DNA from: an uncultured delta proteobacterium
GTDB lineage: Bacteria > Desulfobacterota > RBG-13-43-22
Assembly (NCBI GenBank): GCA_963711835.1
Contig: CAVQFQ010000008.1
Location: forward strand, 1 to 64,000
DNA: 64,000 nt
Reading direction: 5' to 3'
Of this stretch, positions 28,371-37,711 are shown in pieces. The notes beneath the pieces were generated by a model. That model saw only the letters and a list, made by a program, of their open reading frames with translations. It made no database searches and was not told the origin of the DNA. Made by a program: the position numbers and the translations under genes. Position 1 is the first letter of the stretch; the number at the start of each line of letters is the position of its first letter.

Positions 28371-28495
28371 TAGCTCATAGCTGATAGCTCATAGCTTATA
28401 GTGAAAAAAAGGATTTCACCTTTCATTAAGAATTGCTGCGACCTAATTGCTATGACCTATGAGCTACGCGCTCTGAGCTATTCGCTTTGAGCTTT
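28371..28495. repeat. Inverted pair of 7-nt arrays with no gene between
   Basis: tagctcatagctgatagctcatagc ... gctatgacctatgagcta...ctgagcta...tttgagcttt. Confidence 0.8.
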
Positions 28496-29236
28496 TTAGT
28501 TGATTCCAAAAAAATCCCTGGCATTTTGGGTGGTCCTGACAGCCACCTCTTCTTTTTCCAGCCCTTTGATCCTTGAAATTTCCGCTAAGGTCCGCAAGAC
28601 GTGAAGGGGGCGGGCTTCCTCCCCCTGATAACGCACCGGGGCATCGGTTTCGATTAAAATCTGTTTCAAGGGCGCAGCGGCAATGGCTTCCCGATGTTTC
28701 GGACTATAGGCCAGGGCCGGGGTGGCTGAGATATGGTAGCCCATCAAAAGCAAGGCTTTAAGCGTATCCAACGGTCCGCTGTACCAGTGGAAAACAGCCC
28801 GGGGTAGATCATGCTTCCGGACCATTTCAACCGCCCATTCATGGGAAAGGCGGGAATGGACGATAACCGGTTTTTTTTTGGACCAAGCCAGTTCCAACAA
28901 GTCCTGAAAAACCAGATGTTGAAATTCCTTAGCCACTTCGATTTTATAATCCAGCCCCACCTCCCCTAAGGCGACAGCCTGATCCAGGTGATCCCGGATA
29001 AAATCGAGATTATTCCGGATTCCGGAGACTGTAATTTTCGAGGGATGATAGCCGATAGCCGGAAAAACAAAGTCGGGATACTTGTGGGCCAGGGCCAGGA
29101 TCTTTTCATTGGAAATCCAGTCCATGCCGACAGCCACCAGACCGGCCAGGCCGGCGGCTCGGGCCTCCTCAATGGCGGCTGCCGGATCAGGCAATGCGTC
29201 GAGATGGACATGGGTGTCAATGACAGGGATTTGCAT
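28496..29236 (-). CDS. tatD: TatD-family hydrolase
   Basis: IDTHVHL, GEVGLDY, VHSR, ETDAP. Confidence 0.9.
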   Translation of the reverse strand: MQIPVIDTHVHLDALPDPAAAIEEARAAGLAGLVAVGMDWISNEKILALAHKYPDFVFPAIGYHPSKITVSGIRNNLDFIRDHLDQAVALGEVGLDYKIEVAKEFQHLVFQDLLELAWSKKKPVIVHSRLSHEWAVEMVRKHDLPRAVFHWYSGPLDTLKALLLMGYHISATPALAYSPKHREAIAAAPLKQILIETDAPVRYQGEEARPLHVLRTLAEISRIKGLEKEEVAVRTTQNARDFFGIN

Positions 29237-29278
29237 GGCTTCAGAATTTCATCTAAGCACTAACTCCGGAACAGACGT

Positions 29279-31465
29279 TTAACTACAGCGGGAAAAACCA
29301 CAGGAATGACAGGTCAGGCAGCCGTTTTCATGGACCACTTGGCCTCCGCAATCCGGACAGGAGCCCATCACCAGGTCGTCCTCGGGAACTTCCACTTTAG
29401 TAAAATTGCTGATCACCCGGCTGATGGCATCCGGACAGGAAAGGACCTGGTGGCCGTTTCCCCAAGTGGGCGAGGGGCAGCGAATCCCGGATATCTGTTT
29501 CAGGATGGAGGGCAGGCTGACGCCCGAACGCAAGGCCAGGGAGATCAGCCTTCCGGTTGCTTCGATTTGGGAAGAGGCGCAGCCTCCGGTCTTGCCCATC
29601 TGGGCAAAAACCTCGCAAATGCCCCGTTCATCGGAATTGATGGTAACGTAAAGTTTGCCGCAGCCGGTGGCAATTCGCTCGGTGATGCCCTGGGTCCGAT
29701 GGGGACGGGAACGGGGACTGATTTTTGCCGCACCGCTGGGTTTGTTGAGGTTCAGGACCTGGGTCTCACGGCTGCCGTAGCGATAGATGGTCACCCCCTT
29801 ACAGCCTTGATGAAAGGCCAGGAGGTAGGCCTTTCTGACCTCCTCCGGGGTGGCCTCCTGAGGAAAGTTGATGGTCTTGGAGACGGCGTTGTCGGTCTTT
29901 TTCTGGAAGGCGGCCTGAATCTGGATATGCCATTCCGGGCTGATGTCATGCGAGGTGACAAAAACGGTTTTCAGTTCTTCAGGGATCCCCTGAATATTTT
30001 GGATAGAACCCTCCTTGGCGATTTCCTCGATCAAGGCCGGGGTATAAAAACCTCTTTCCAGGGCAATCTTTTTGAAAAAAGGATTGACTTCCACCATCCG
30101 GGTGCCGTCCAAGACGGTTCGATAATAGGAAACGGCAAAAAGGGGCTCTATGCCGCTCGAGGCCCCGGCGATGATACTGATGGTCCCGGTGGGGGCGATG
30201 GTGGTGGTGGTGGCATTGCGCATCCATCGTTTCTTGTTTTTGGTTTGATCGAAGATGCTGCCGGTGAAATTAGGGAAGCTCCCCCGTTCTTCGGCCAGTT
30301 TGGCGGATGATTTCCGGGATTCGGTCTGGATGACCTCCATGACCTTTTCGGCCACCTCTACGGCCTCTTTGGAGTTGTAAGGGATGCCCATTTGAATTAA
30401 AAGGTCGGCAAACCCCATGACGCCCAAGCCGATCTTTCGATTTCCCTTGCTCATGGTTTCAATTTCAAGCAAAGGGTACTTATTGACCTCGATGACGTTA
30501 TCGAGAAAGTGTACCGCCGTATGCACCAGGGACTTAAGTTTCTTAAAATCAACCTGTCCGTTCTTGACCATCCGGGACAGGTTGAGGGAGCCTAAGTTAC
30601 AGGATTCATAAGGCAGCAGGGGCTGCTCTCCGCAAGGGTTGGTGGCTTCGATCCGGCCCAACTGAGGGGTGGGATTGTCCTGATTGATCCGGTCGATAAA
30701 GACCACGCCCGGCTCACCGCTGCGCCAGGCCGAATCGACGATCTTATCAAAAATGGCCGGGGCCGAAACGGAACGCACCTTTTTCCCGGAATGGGGGTTA
30801 ATCAGGTCATAATCCAGTTCCTTTTCCACCGCTTCCATAAAGCTGTCGGGAATGACCACCGAAAGATTAAAATTATTCAAGCGGTCGGTCTGCAGTTTGG
30901 CTTCAATGAATTGTTTAATATCGGGATGATCAACCCGTAACAGCCCCATATTGGCTCCCCGCCGGGTCCCGCCCTGCTTGATCGTTTCGGTGGCTACGTC
31001 AAAAACGGTCATAAAAGAAATAGGCCCGCTGGATATGCCGTGGGTCGATTTGACCGTATCCTTCTCAGGCCGAATCTTGGAGAAAGAAAAGCCCGTTCCT
31101 CCCCCGCTTTTATGAATAATGGCGGTTTGCTTGATGGCCTCAAAAATACTGTCGATCGAATCCTCCACCGGCAGGACAAAACAGGCCGAGAGCTGGCCTA
31201 ACGACCTTCCGGCGTTCATTAAGGTCGGCGAGTTGGGCATGAACTCCAGGCCGGTCATGATCCGGTAAAAAAGATCCTCGGTCTTCTTAAGCTGATCCGT
31301 CTTCCCGTAAAGGGCATCGGCTGAAGCTACCACCTGGGCGACCCGCCGAAACATGTCTTCCGGTTTCTCGATCACCTGCCCTTTGGCGTCTTTTTTGAGA
31401 TAGCGCTTGTTCAAAACGATCTGGGCATTGGGAGTCAATACCAGGGGGGAAGTCGGCGCGGCCAT
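29279..31465 (-). CDS. nrdJ: Adenosylcobalamin-dependent (class II) ribonucleotide reductase with TSCPD domain
   Basis: [32 protein letters not shown]-terminal zinc ribbon. Confidence 0.95.
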   Translation of the reverse strand: MAAPTSPLVLTPNAQIVLNKRYLKKDAKGQVIEKPEDMFRRVAQVVASADALYGKTDQLKKTEDLFYRIMTGLEFMPNSPTLMNAGRSLGQLSACFVLPVEDSIDSIFEAIKQTAIIHKSGGGTGFSFSKIRPEKDTVKSTHGISSGPISFMTVFDVATETIKQGGTRRGANMGLLRVDHPDIKQFIEAKLQTDRLNNFNLSVVIPDSFMEAVEKELDYDLINPHSGKKVRSVSAPAIFDKIVDSAWRSGEPGVVFIDRINQDNPTPQLGRIEATNPCGEQPLLPYESCNLGSLNLSRMVKNGQVDFKKLKSLVHTAVHFLDNVIEVNKYPLLEIETMSKGNRKIGLGVMGFADLLIQMGIPYNSKEAVEVAEKVMEVIQTESRKSSAKLAEERGSFPNFTGSIFDQTKNKKRWMRNATTTTIAPTGTISIIAGASSGIEPLFAVSYYRTVLDGTRMVEVNPFFKKIALERGFYTPALIEEIAKEGSIQNIQGIPEELKTVFVTSHDISPEWHIQIQAAFQKKTDNAVSKTINFPQEATPEEVRKAYLLAFHQGCKGVTIYRYGSRETQVLNLNKPSGAAKISPRSRPHRTQGITERIATGCGKLYVTINSDERGICEVFAQMGKTGGCASSQIEATGRLISLALRSGVSLPSILKQISGIRCPSPTWGNGHQVLSCPDAISRVISNFTKVEVPEDDLVMGSCPDCGGQVVHENGCLTCHSCGFSRCS

Positions 31466-31532
31466 AGAAGCATCCTTTTCTGAAAATCTAAAAAAGTTGA
31501 TGGAGATTTGGAACCGGTCTGGAACGATCGCC

Positions 31533-31579
31533 CCACTACCGGTTGATACTCGAGGTCATCTATCTACAATGGGTTGTAT
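31533..31579. promoter_or_regulatory. Tandem putative NrdR boxes
   Basis: CCACTACCGGTTGATA and CTACAATGGGTTGTAT, 31 bp apart, upstream of nrdJ. Confidence 0.6.
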
Positions 31580-32121
31580 TATAGGGGGGTAAAAAGGAAG
31601 TTGCAACGAAAATTTTTTTCCAGGCTAAGGAGCTGTTTTTTTAAGGAGATCCCTCCCCCGTAGCCCACCAGGTCTCCCTTAACCCCGATAACTCGGTGGC
31701 AGGGTATTAGAATGGGAAGAGGGTTAATATGGTTGGCCTGGCCGACCGCCCGAGAGGCTTTGGGCCTTTCCAGGGCCCTGGCTATCTCTCCATAACTTGT
31801 TGTTTCTCCATAATTAATACCCATAAGAGCCTCCCAGACCCGGAGCTGAAAAGGGGTCCCCCGCGGATCCAGGGGCAGATCAAAGACAGCCCTTTGACCG
31901 GCCAGATACTGCTCCAATTCCCGGTAAAGTCCGGTAAATGGTTCCGAATGTTGTGTAAAAAAAGCCGGTTGAAAGGTTTTTAAAACATTTTCAAAAAAGG
32001 ATTCCAGCGGATGGCCGGGCAGGGATAAACGGACCAACCCTTTTTCGCTGCCGGCCACATAAATACGCCCCAGAATGGGGAATTCCCGGCTATCATAGTA
32101 AATGGCATTAAGGCGATCCAT
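31579..32121 (-). CDS. ogt: Methylated-DNA-[protein]-cysteine S-methyltransferase
   Basis: GTPFQLRVW, RAVGQA, IPCHRVI, GYGGG. Confidence 0.93.
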   Translation of the reverse strand: MDRLNAIYYDSREFPILGRIYVAGSEKGLVRLSLPGHPLESFFENVLKTFQPAFFTQHSEPFTGLYRELEQYLAGQRAVFDLPLDPRGTPFQLRVWEALMGINYGETTSYGEIARALERPKASRAVGQANHINPLPILIPCHRVIGVKGDLVGYGGGISLKKQLLSLEKNFRCNFLFTPL

Positions 32122-32146
32122 CCGTCCGGCCCTTATAGCCTTTTTC

Positions 32147-32355
32147 GTAACATTTTAGGTGTTTGAAAATTTGTCAAAGTTAATTTTTCTTGGCACGGAT
32201 TTCACGGATAAACACGGTTGAGTTATGAAAGGGATTGGCAACATGGCCAATCCCTTGCCTTCCGGCCTCCGGCGGCTGGATGATTTTTCCCCCTGCGGTC
32301 CTTCCGCAGGGGGAAAATAAAGCGTCCGTGGAATCCGTGAAATCCGTGCCAAAAA
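32147..32355. repeat. Inverted pair of CACGGAT arrays
   Basis: ttggcacggatttcacggat ... tccgtggaatccgtgaaatccgtgccaa. Confidence 0.85.
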
Positions 32356-32389
32356 TTTTATAAAAAGCTAAATTGATCCCCTTTTTCTT

Positions 32390-33331
32390 TTACCAATTTG
32401 ACCCCTGAAAGGTCCCGGTTTTGAGAAAACAGTCCCGAATCATTTTTAAGGTCTCCTGCTTTTGGACTGCCCAGTCCGGGGCCACCAGCGAAGTCGGATC
32501 CGGATCTCCGGTCAGCCGCTGGATGACCCAATGGGAAGGACATTGCTGCAGGAACCGGCAGGTCCAGGCAACAAAGTCCTCCTGGCTGATAGGCTGAAAC
32601 CTGCCTTCCCGGTACCAGGCCTCCAAAGGGGTCCCGCGGCTGATATACAAGGAATGGATCTTAAGACCCTGGATATCCAGATGGGACAATTTCTCGGCAG
32701 TCTGCATGACTTCCTCCAGACCTTCCCCGGGCAGACCGATAATAACATGGACGCAGATATTCAAGGCTCTTTTTCTGGTCTCCTCTACAGCCCGGATAAA
32801 ATCCTCAAGCAGATGCCCCCGGTTGATGCGATCCAGTGTGGCGGCCTGAAAGGACTGGAGCCCGTATTCAACCCAAACCAAGTAATCTTTTTGATAGCCG
32901 GCCAGCAGATCCAGGATCTCAGGGCCGACACAATCGGGCCGGGTCCCTACAGCCAGTCCGACCACATCCTCATCGCTGAGGGCCTCAGCGTAAAGGCCTT
33001 TCAATTTTTCCAAGGGGGCATAGGTGTTTGAAAAGGACTGAAAATAGGCAATAAATTTCCTGGCCTGGACCCTGTTGAAATAAAATCCTTTCCCCCGAAG
33101 AAGTTGTTCCCGAATAGAAAGACCCCGGTTAAAAGCCCCGCTTCCGGATCCCAGGGCATCACAATAAATACATCCCCCCTGCCCCTTGGTCCCATCACGG
33201 TTGGGGCAGGTCAAACCGGCATCCAGGGAAATTTTTTGAACCCGGCATCCGAAGAGGTTCCTTAAATAGGAGGCGTAATCATTATAGGGCCTGGAGGGGC
33301 TTAAGGGTTCCTTACCCAAAACTGTTGCCAT
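32390..33331 (-). CDS. YhcC/TIGR01212-family radical SAM protein
   Basis: TCPNRDGTKGQGGCIYC, GTRPDC, EYGLQS, QRLTGD. Confidence 0.92.
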   Translation of the reverse strand: MATVLGKEPLSPSRPYNDYASYLRNLFGCRVQKISLDAGLTCPNRDGTKGQGGCIYCDALGSGSGAFNRGLSIREQLLRGKGFYFNRVQARKFIAYFQSFSNTYAPLEKLKGLYAEALSDEDVVGLAVGTRPDCVGPEILDLLAGYQKDYLVWVEYGLQSFQAATLDRINRGHLLEDFIRAVEETRKRALNICVHVIIGLPGEGLEEVMQTAEKLSHLDIQGLKIHSLYISRGTPLEAWYREGRFQPISQEDFVAWTCRFLQQCPSHWVIQRLTGDPDPTSLVAPDWAVQKQETLKMIRDCFLKTGTFQGSNW

Positions 33332-33548
33332 CCCGATTCCTCAGAATATCAAGGGCTGCCAAAATTCTTTTGTCTAACAACATAGTAATTTATTTTGAAT
33401 CTTACCACAGGCTCCTTTTTTATGTTATTATTTTTTAAAATTTGTTGCTCAGAGCTGACCGCTGACTTTTATTTGTCTGAAGGTCCCCCTCCCCTTTCGC
33501 CCCTTTGGGCGGCCTGGGAAAGGCTTTGCTCTTCTTTGGGGGCTTTCA

Positions 33549-34071
33549 TCACGGTTGGTTCTCTCCTTCCCTCGATCGGCCTTCCTGAATGACCGGACTG
33601 TTCAATTTGAGACGGTCTCGGTCTGGCAGGCTGGGCCTTAGGCGACTTCTGGCTCCATAGTCCTCGGTTGATAAAGGGCCCCCGGCCGGTCCGGGGGCTC
33701 TTTGATCCGGTTTCAAGGGTCTCACTTGCGGGTTGTCTCTGGGAATGACCTCGGGAGAACGAATCGGACCCGGCTGTTCCTGGGCATCTCCCTGGGTATC
33801 TCCGCTGATCCGGATCCAGGTATTATTGGGCAGGATTAGCTCGGCCCTGCCGTTTCGGTCCGAGTAGAGGGCATCCTCCAATCCAAAGGGGGCGTCTTGT
33901 ACCGTAGCCACCCAATGCCGGTTCCGACGGGACATAGCGTAAAAGCTGCCCTTCCAGATGAGCAATCCGGCCGACCAGGATGGGCTCCCGGGCCTCCGGC
34001 GCTTGGGCGCCGGAAATCCGGATCCCCGAAAAACAATACACGGAAGAGCCATTCATCCCGCGTAAAACCAA
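33549..34071 (-). pseudogene. Frameshifted, internally deleted FecR-like secreted protein
   Basis: VGRIAHLEGQLLRY / WVATVQDAPFGLEDALYSDRNGRAEL...WIRI in different frames, joined to a Pro/Arg-rich tail. Confidence 0.5.
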
Positions 34072-34228
34072 TCTTTGGCAGATGGTTATGGGTATGCATC
34101 CAAATATTTTCCAATCAAAAATCGTTAAAATTTTATTTCAAAGATACTAACACTACAGTTAGTTGGACAAAAGGGAAAGGAATTTGGTTAAATCGAAAAA
34201 AAGAGCTCGGGTTAATGATGGCTCGGGT

Positions 34229-35629
34229 TCAAATCTCTTCGGCGAGTTTCTTACCGCAATAGGGGCAGGCTTTCCAGGAAGGCTGAATTCTTTTGGAACA
34301 ATCCGGACATCGTTGAATCAAGGGCAAAGCACAGTTCGGGCAACAGACAAAAAAATGTTCCAGAGGATGAAGACAGGTGGGACAGCACCGGGCCCCCACC
34401 TCATAGGGGATGACCCGCATCATTTCTTCCAGGCTGACCCGCCCTTCCCTGGCCTTCCTCAATCCGCAGGAGAGCAACGTTTCCATCCCCTCCTGTACGG
34501 CCAGGTTCCTCATCTCCGTTTCGGGAGCCCGGGATAAAATGGCTTCCCGGAGAAGGGGGCTGACGGTCAACAATTCAAAAACCCCTTCCCGTCCGGCTGT
34601 CCCCTGTCCCTGACAGGCCGGGCATCCTTTTCCGGAATAAAAGGTCTCGGATTCTGAAAGATTCAAGTGATAGCGTTCCAATAAATCTGGATCAGGCCGG
34701 TATGAGGAAAGACAATGAGAACAGTTTCTTCTTACCAGTCGCTGGGACAATATGCCCAGGATGGATGAGGAAAGGAGATAAGGCTCCAAGCCCAGGTTGT
34801 TGAGACGGGTCAGGGTGGATACCGCGTCGTTGGTGTGCAGGGTGCTCAACACCAGATGGCCGGTAAAGGCGGCCCGCAAGGCGATCTGGGCCGTTTCTTC
34901 ATCCCGAATTTCTCCAACCATGATCACATCCGGGTCCTGCCGGAGAATGGAGCGCAAGGCCCCGGCAAAGGTCAGCCCCACTTTTTCGTTGACCTGGACC
35001 TGATTGATCCCTTCGAGCAGATACTCGATGGGATCCTCCACGGTAATGATATTGATCCCTTCTCGGTGGATGGCCCGGAGCAGGGAATAGAGGGTGGTGG
35101 TCTTGCCGCTGCCGGTCGGCCCCACCGTCAGGATGAGCCCCTGAGGCCTTTCGATCATGGTCGAGAGCCTTTTTAACTGCGCCGGTGGAAGGCCAAGCTG
35201 GTCCATGTTTAGAAAGGCCTGGTTCTTGTCTAAGATCCGGACGACTATTTTTTCTCCCCAGAGGGAAGGCAGGGTGGAAACCCGCAAATCAATGGACTGG
35301 CCCTGGAATTGGATCCGGAAACTGCCGTCCTGGGGGATCCTTTTCTCACTGATGTTCAGATTGCAACTGATCTTATACCGGGAGGAAAGGGATTCCAGGA
35401 CGGAACGGGGCAGCAGCGGCCCCTGGCCTAAACAGCCGTCAACCCGGAAACGGACCCGGACCTGGGATTCCTGAGGTTCGATGTGAATATCGCTGGCCCC
35501 AAGCCGCAAGGCTTCTTCAATCAGTTCCCGCTGTAGTCGAACTGCCGGAGACTGTTCCGGTTCCGAAAAGACTTTTTCCGAAAGCCCCCCTTTTTTGACC
35601 AGTCCGAGATTAGTGCGCTGGGCATTCAT
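34229..35629 (-). CDS. GspE/PilB-family ATPase with C-terminal double zinc ribbon
   Basis: ASDIHIEP, GPTGSGKTTT, LRQDPDVIMVGEIRD, TGHLVLSTLH; four C-terminal CxxC. Confidence 0.92.
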   Translation of the reverse strand: MNAQRTNLGLVKKGGLSEKVFSEPEQSPAVRLQRELIEEALRLGASDIHIEPQESQVRVRFRVDGCLGQGPLLPRSVLESLSSRYKISCNLNISEKRIPQDGSFRIQFQGQSIDLRVSTLPSLWGEKIVVRILDKNQAFLNMDQLGLPPAQLKRLSTMIERPQGLILTVGPTGSGKTTTLYSLLRAIHREGINIITVEDPIEYLLEGINQVQVNEKVGLTFAGALRSILRQDPDVIMVGEIRDEETAQIALRAAFTGHLVLSTLHTNDAVSTLTRLNNLGLEPYLLSSSILGILSQRLVRRNCSHCLSSYRPDPDLLERYHLNLSESETFYSGKGCPACQGQGTAGREGVFELLTVSPLLREAILSRAPETEMRNLAVQEGMETLLSCGLRKAREGRVSLEEMMRVIPYEVGARCCPTCLHPLEHFFVCCPNCALPLIQRCPDCSKRIQPSWKACPYCGKKLAEEI

Positions 35630-35671
35630 ACCGTGATCCTTATGAGGGTATTTTCCCTACCCTAATATGGT

Positions 35672-35689
35672 AAGCAACAGGTATGCCAA
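35672..35689 (-). promoter_or_regulatory. Sigma-54 promoter
   Basis: TTGGCATACCTGTTGCTT (GG-N10-GC) about 43 nt upstream of the ATPase start. Confidence 0.75.
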
Positions 35690-36106
35690 GCCGGGGGTTA
35701 TCAAAAATAGGCTTATTTCCTATGTTTTTTGAGCCAAGGCCTCCTGCAGCCGAGATCCTTTGAACACATCCTTCCCAGACAATGCGGGAAGATGCTTTAT
35801 AGTCTTCCTTCTGAAACTAAAAAGTGGCCCTTCCTATTTCTCCCCACATCTGCTTTGTTTTCTTGGTACCGGTCTAGGACCTGGATGGGGACTGGCGCCT
35901 TTCCGGGGGCACCGTCTCCATGGGCGCCGACGAGATACCGGGGCCGGTCAACCGTCTCTTCCTGCCGGTCATCTTAAAATAATAGCCCAAGGGAATTCCT
36001 TGACTTTTTAATTCTTCTCTGGTTTAGTTTCCGGCGAATACTGGCCCCCTTTTCTCGCTGTAAACCCTTTTTTGGGAGACAGATGGAAATGACGATGCAC
36101 CCTTGA

Positions 36107-36142
36107 CCCCGCCTCTTTGAAAAGAAGCGGGGTTTTTCTTTT
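36107..36142 (+). terminator. Intrinsic terminator-like hairpin
   Basis: ccccgcctcttt-ga-aaagaagcgggg followed by a T run. Confidence 0.55.
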
Positions 36143-36685
36143 GTTGAAACCAGAAATCAAGGCGGCAATGCCCTTCAGCCGACCCTGGCGGAAAATCTAT
36201 TCCATGACATCCGCTATGCCGGACATGAGATCGGCCACAACTTTAACGGCCGGCACACCCATTGTCTGATCGATCCGGCAACAAATGATTATGTCGATAA
36301 ATGTGGGGTTGAAACGAACTGCAATCAGACCCAAGACTGCAGCACAGCACCCGGTTCGATCATGAGCTATTGCCACGATTGCCCCGGTGGAGGAAACAAT
36401 GTGTTAGAAGAATTTGACACTGTCAATATCAGCCGGATCAGGGACCATGTCAACGCCTCCTGCCTGAGACTGGCCCGTAACCCGTCCATCATTGATTGGC
36501 GCAATACCTCGGGAATCGAGGATGGGACCATATCCTATCCTTACAATACCATTAAGGAAGGCACCGAGGCCGTGCTCCCCAATGGAGCGGTGAATATTGC
36601 TAGCGGGACCTATAACGAAACGATCACCATCTGGCAACCCATGATCCTGCAGGCCACGGGTGGAATCGTCATTATTGGGCAGTGA
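36143..36685 (+). pseudogene. 5'-truncated metzincin (reprolysin-like) metalloprotease fragment
   Basis: In-frame HEIGHNFNGRH zinc motif, Met-turn SIMSY and DGT..PYNTI..G C-domain; no start codon before the motif. Confidence 0.7.
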
Positions 36686-37427
36686 ATTTTTTAACAGGAA
36701 AAGGACGGGCAAACCGGTAGAGAAATTGGGCTAATTTTTTGCGGGCCTCCAAAAACCGGGCTTCCTGAAACCCGTGGCGCCATTTCAGCCGGGAGAGGTC
36801 GTCGGAAACAACCAGCAGGGCCGCCACTTCGATGCCCCGAAAAGCCCCGACGGTATAAAGAGCCGAGGTTTCCATATCCACCCCCAGGACCCCTTCGGCC
36901 TGATAGCGTTTGACTTTGTCCACTGTCTCACGATAGGGGGCGTCGGTGGTCCAGACCGGGCCTTGTTTAAAGGGTATCCCCTCCCCTTTCAGGGCCGTTC
37001 TTAATTCCTCCGTCAAACTCAGGGAGGCCCTCGGTCTGAGATCCTTGGAATAATGACGGGAAGTCCCTTCTTCACTGACGGCCTCATCCACCAGAATCAG
37101 ATCACCCGGTTCCAGGGTCGGATCCAAGCAACCGGTCCAGCCAAAGAGAACGACCCGTTTAGCCCCAAGGACAATCAGCTTTTCCAGGACCATCACCGCC
37201 TGGGGGGCTCCCTGGAAGGGACCGGCCAGAGCCAGGAGATCCGTTCGATCATCCCAGTGGAAAATCCGCATAAAGACATTTTTATAGACCACCCTGCCCT
37301 TCTCCTGAAAAAGACGGCTGAGGCGGTTCAGGTCGGTGGGCAGCGGAATCATATAGGCCAGCGGACCGACGGAAAGTTCGGAGCGGGATTTTTTAGGATT
37401 AATTAGGCTAAGAGAGGAATCAATCAT
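36672..37427 (-). CDS. Nucleoside phosphorylase (PNP/UDP family)
   Basis: EEGTSRHY, WTTDAPYRET, GVDMETSA, VVSD. Confidence 0.88.
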   Translation of the reverse strand: MIDSSLSLINPKKSRSELSVGPLAYMIPLPTDLNRLSRLFQEKGRVVYKNVFMRIFHWDDRTDLLALAGPFQGAPQAVMVLEKLIVLGAKRVVLFGWTGCLDPTLEPGDLILVDEAVSEEGTSRHYSKDLRPRASLSLTEELRTALKGEGIPFKQGPVWTTDAPYRETVDKVKRYQAEGVLGVDMETSALYTVGAFRGIEVAALLVVSDDLSRLKWRHGFQEARFLEARKKLAQFLYRFARPFPVKKFTAQ

Positions 37428-37453
37428 AACTTATTGACAGTCTCAAAAGACGA

Positions 37454-37663
37454 TCTCTCACAGAGCGCGCGGAGTCCGCAGAGATTCTATTTTTTCATTG
37501 CCGGTGAGAGGCCGGCAATGAAAAACAGTCTCGGCGCTGTAGCGCACTTATGGCCGAAGGCCTGAGGCGGTTTTTGGCTGCCGTCCTTCTCAACAGCAGC
37601 CAAAAAGAAAATTCTCTCTGCGATCTCTGTGTGCTCAAGTGACCGAAGGGAACGGGCGAGAGA
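37454..37663. repeat. Inverted CACAGAG/CGCAGAG repeats enclosing palindromes
   Basis: ctcacagagcgcgcggagtccgcagaga ... tctctgcgatctctgtgtg; inner hairpin ttttcattgccgg/ccggcaatgaaaa. Confidence 0.7.
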
Positions 37664-37711
37664 AAAATAATACACCCTCCAGAGGCATGGAGCAGAGAGC
37701 ATAGCGTCAAC

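Noticed and set aside
35750-35805. HicA-like N-terminal peptide KHLPALSGKDV on the minus strand
   Set aside because: Too short and lacks a start codon
36083-36140. Selenocysteine read-through (in-frame ATG...TGA plus hairpin before the protease fragment)
   Set aside because: The hairpin has a T tail like a terminator and the TGA is not at a recognisable conserved Cys position
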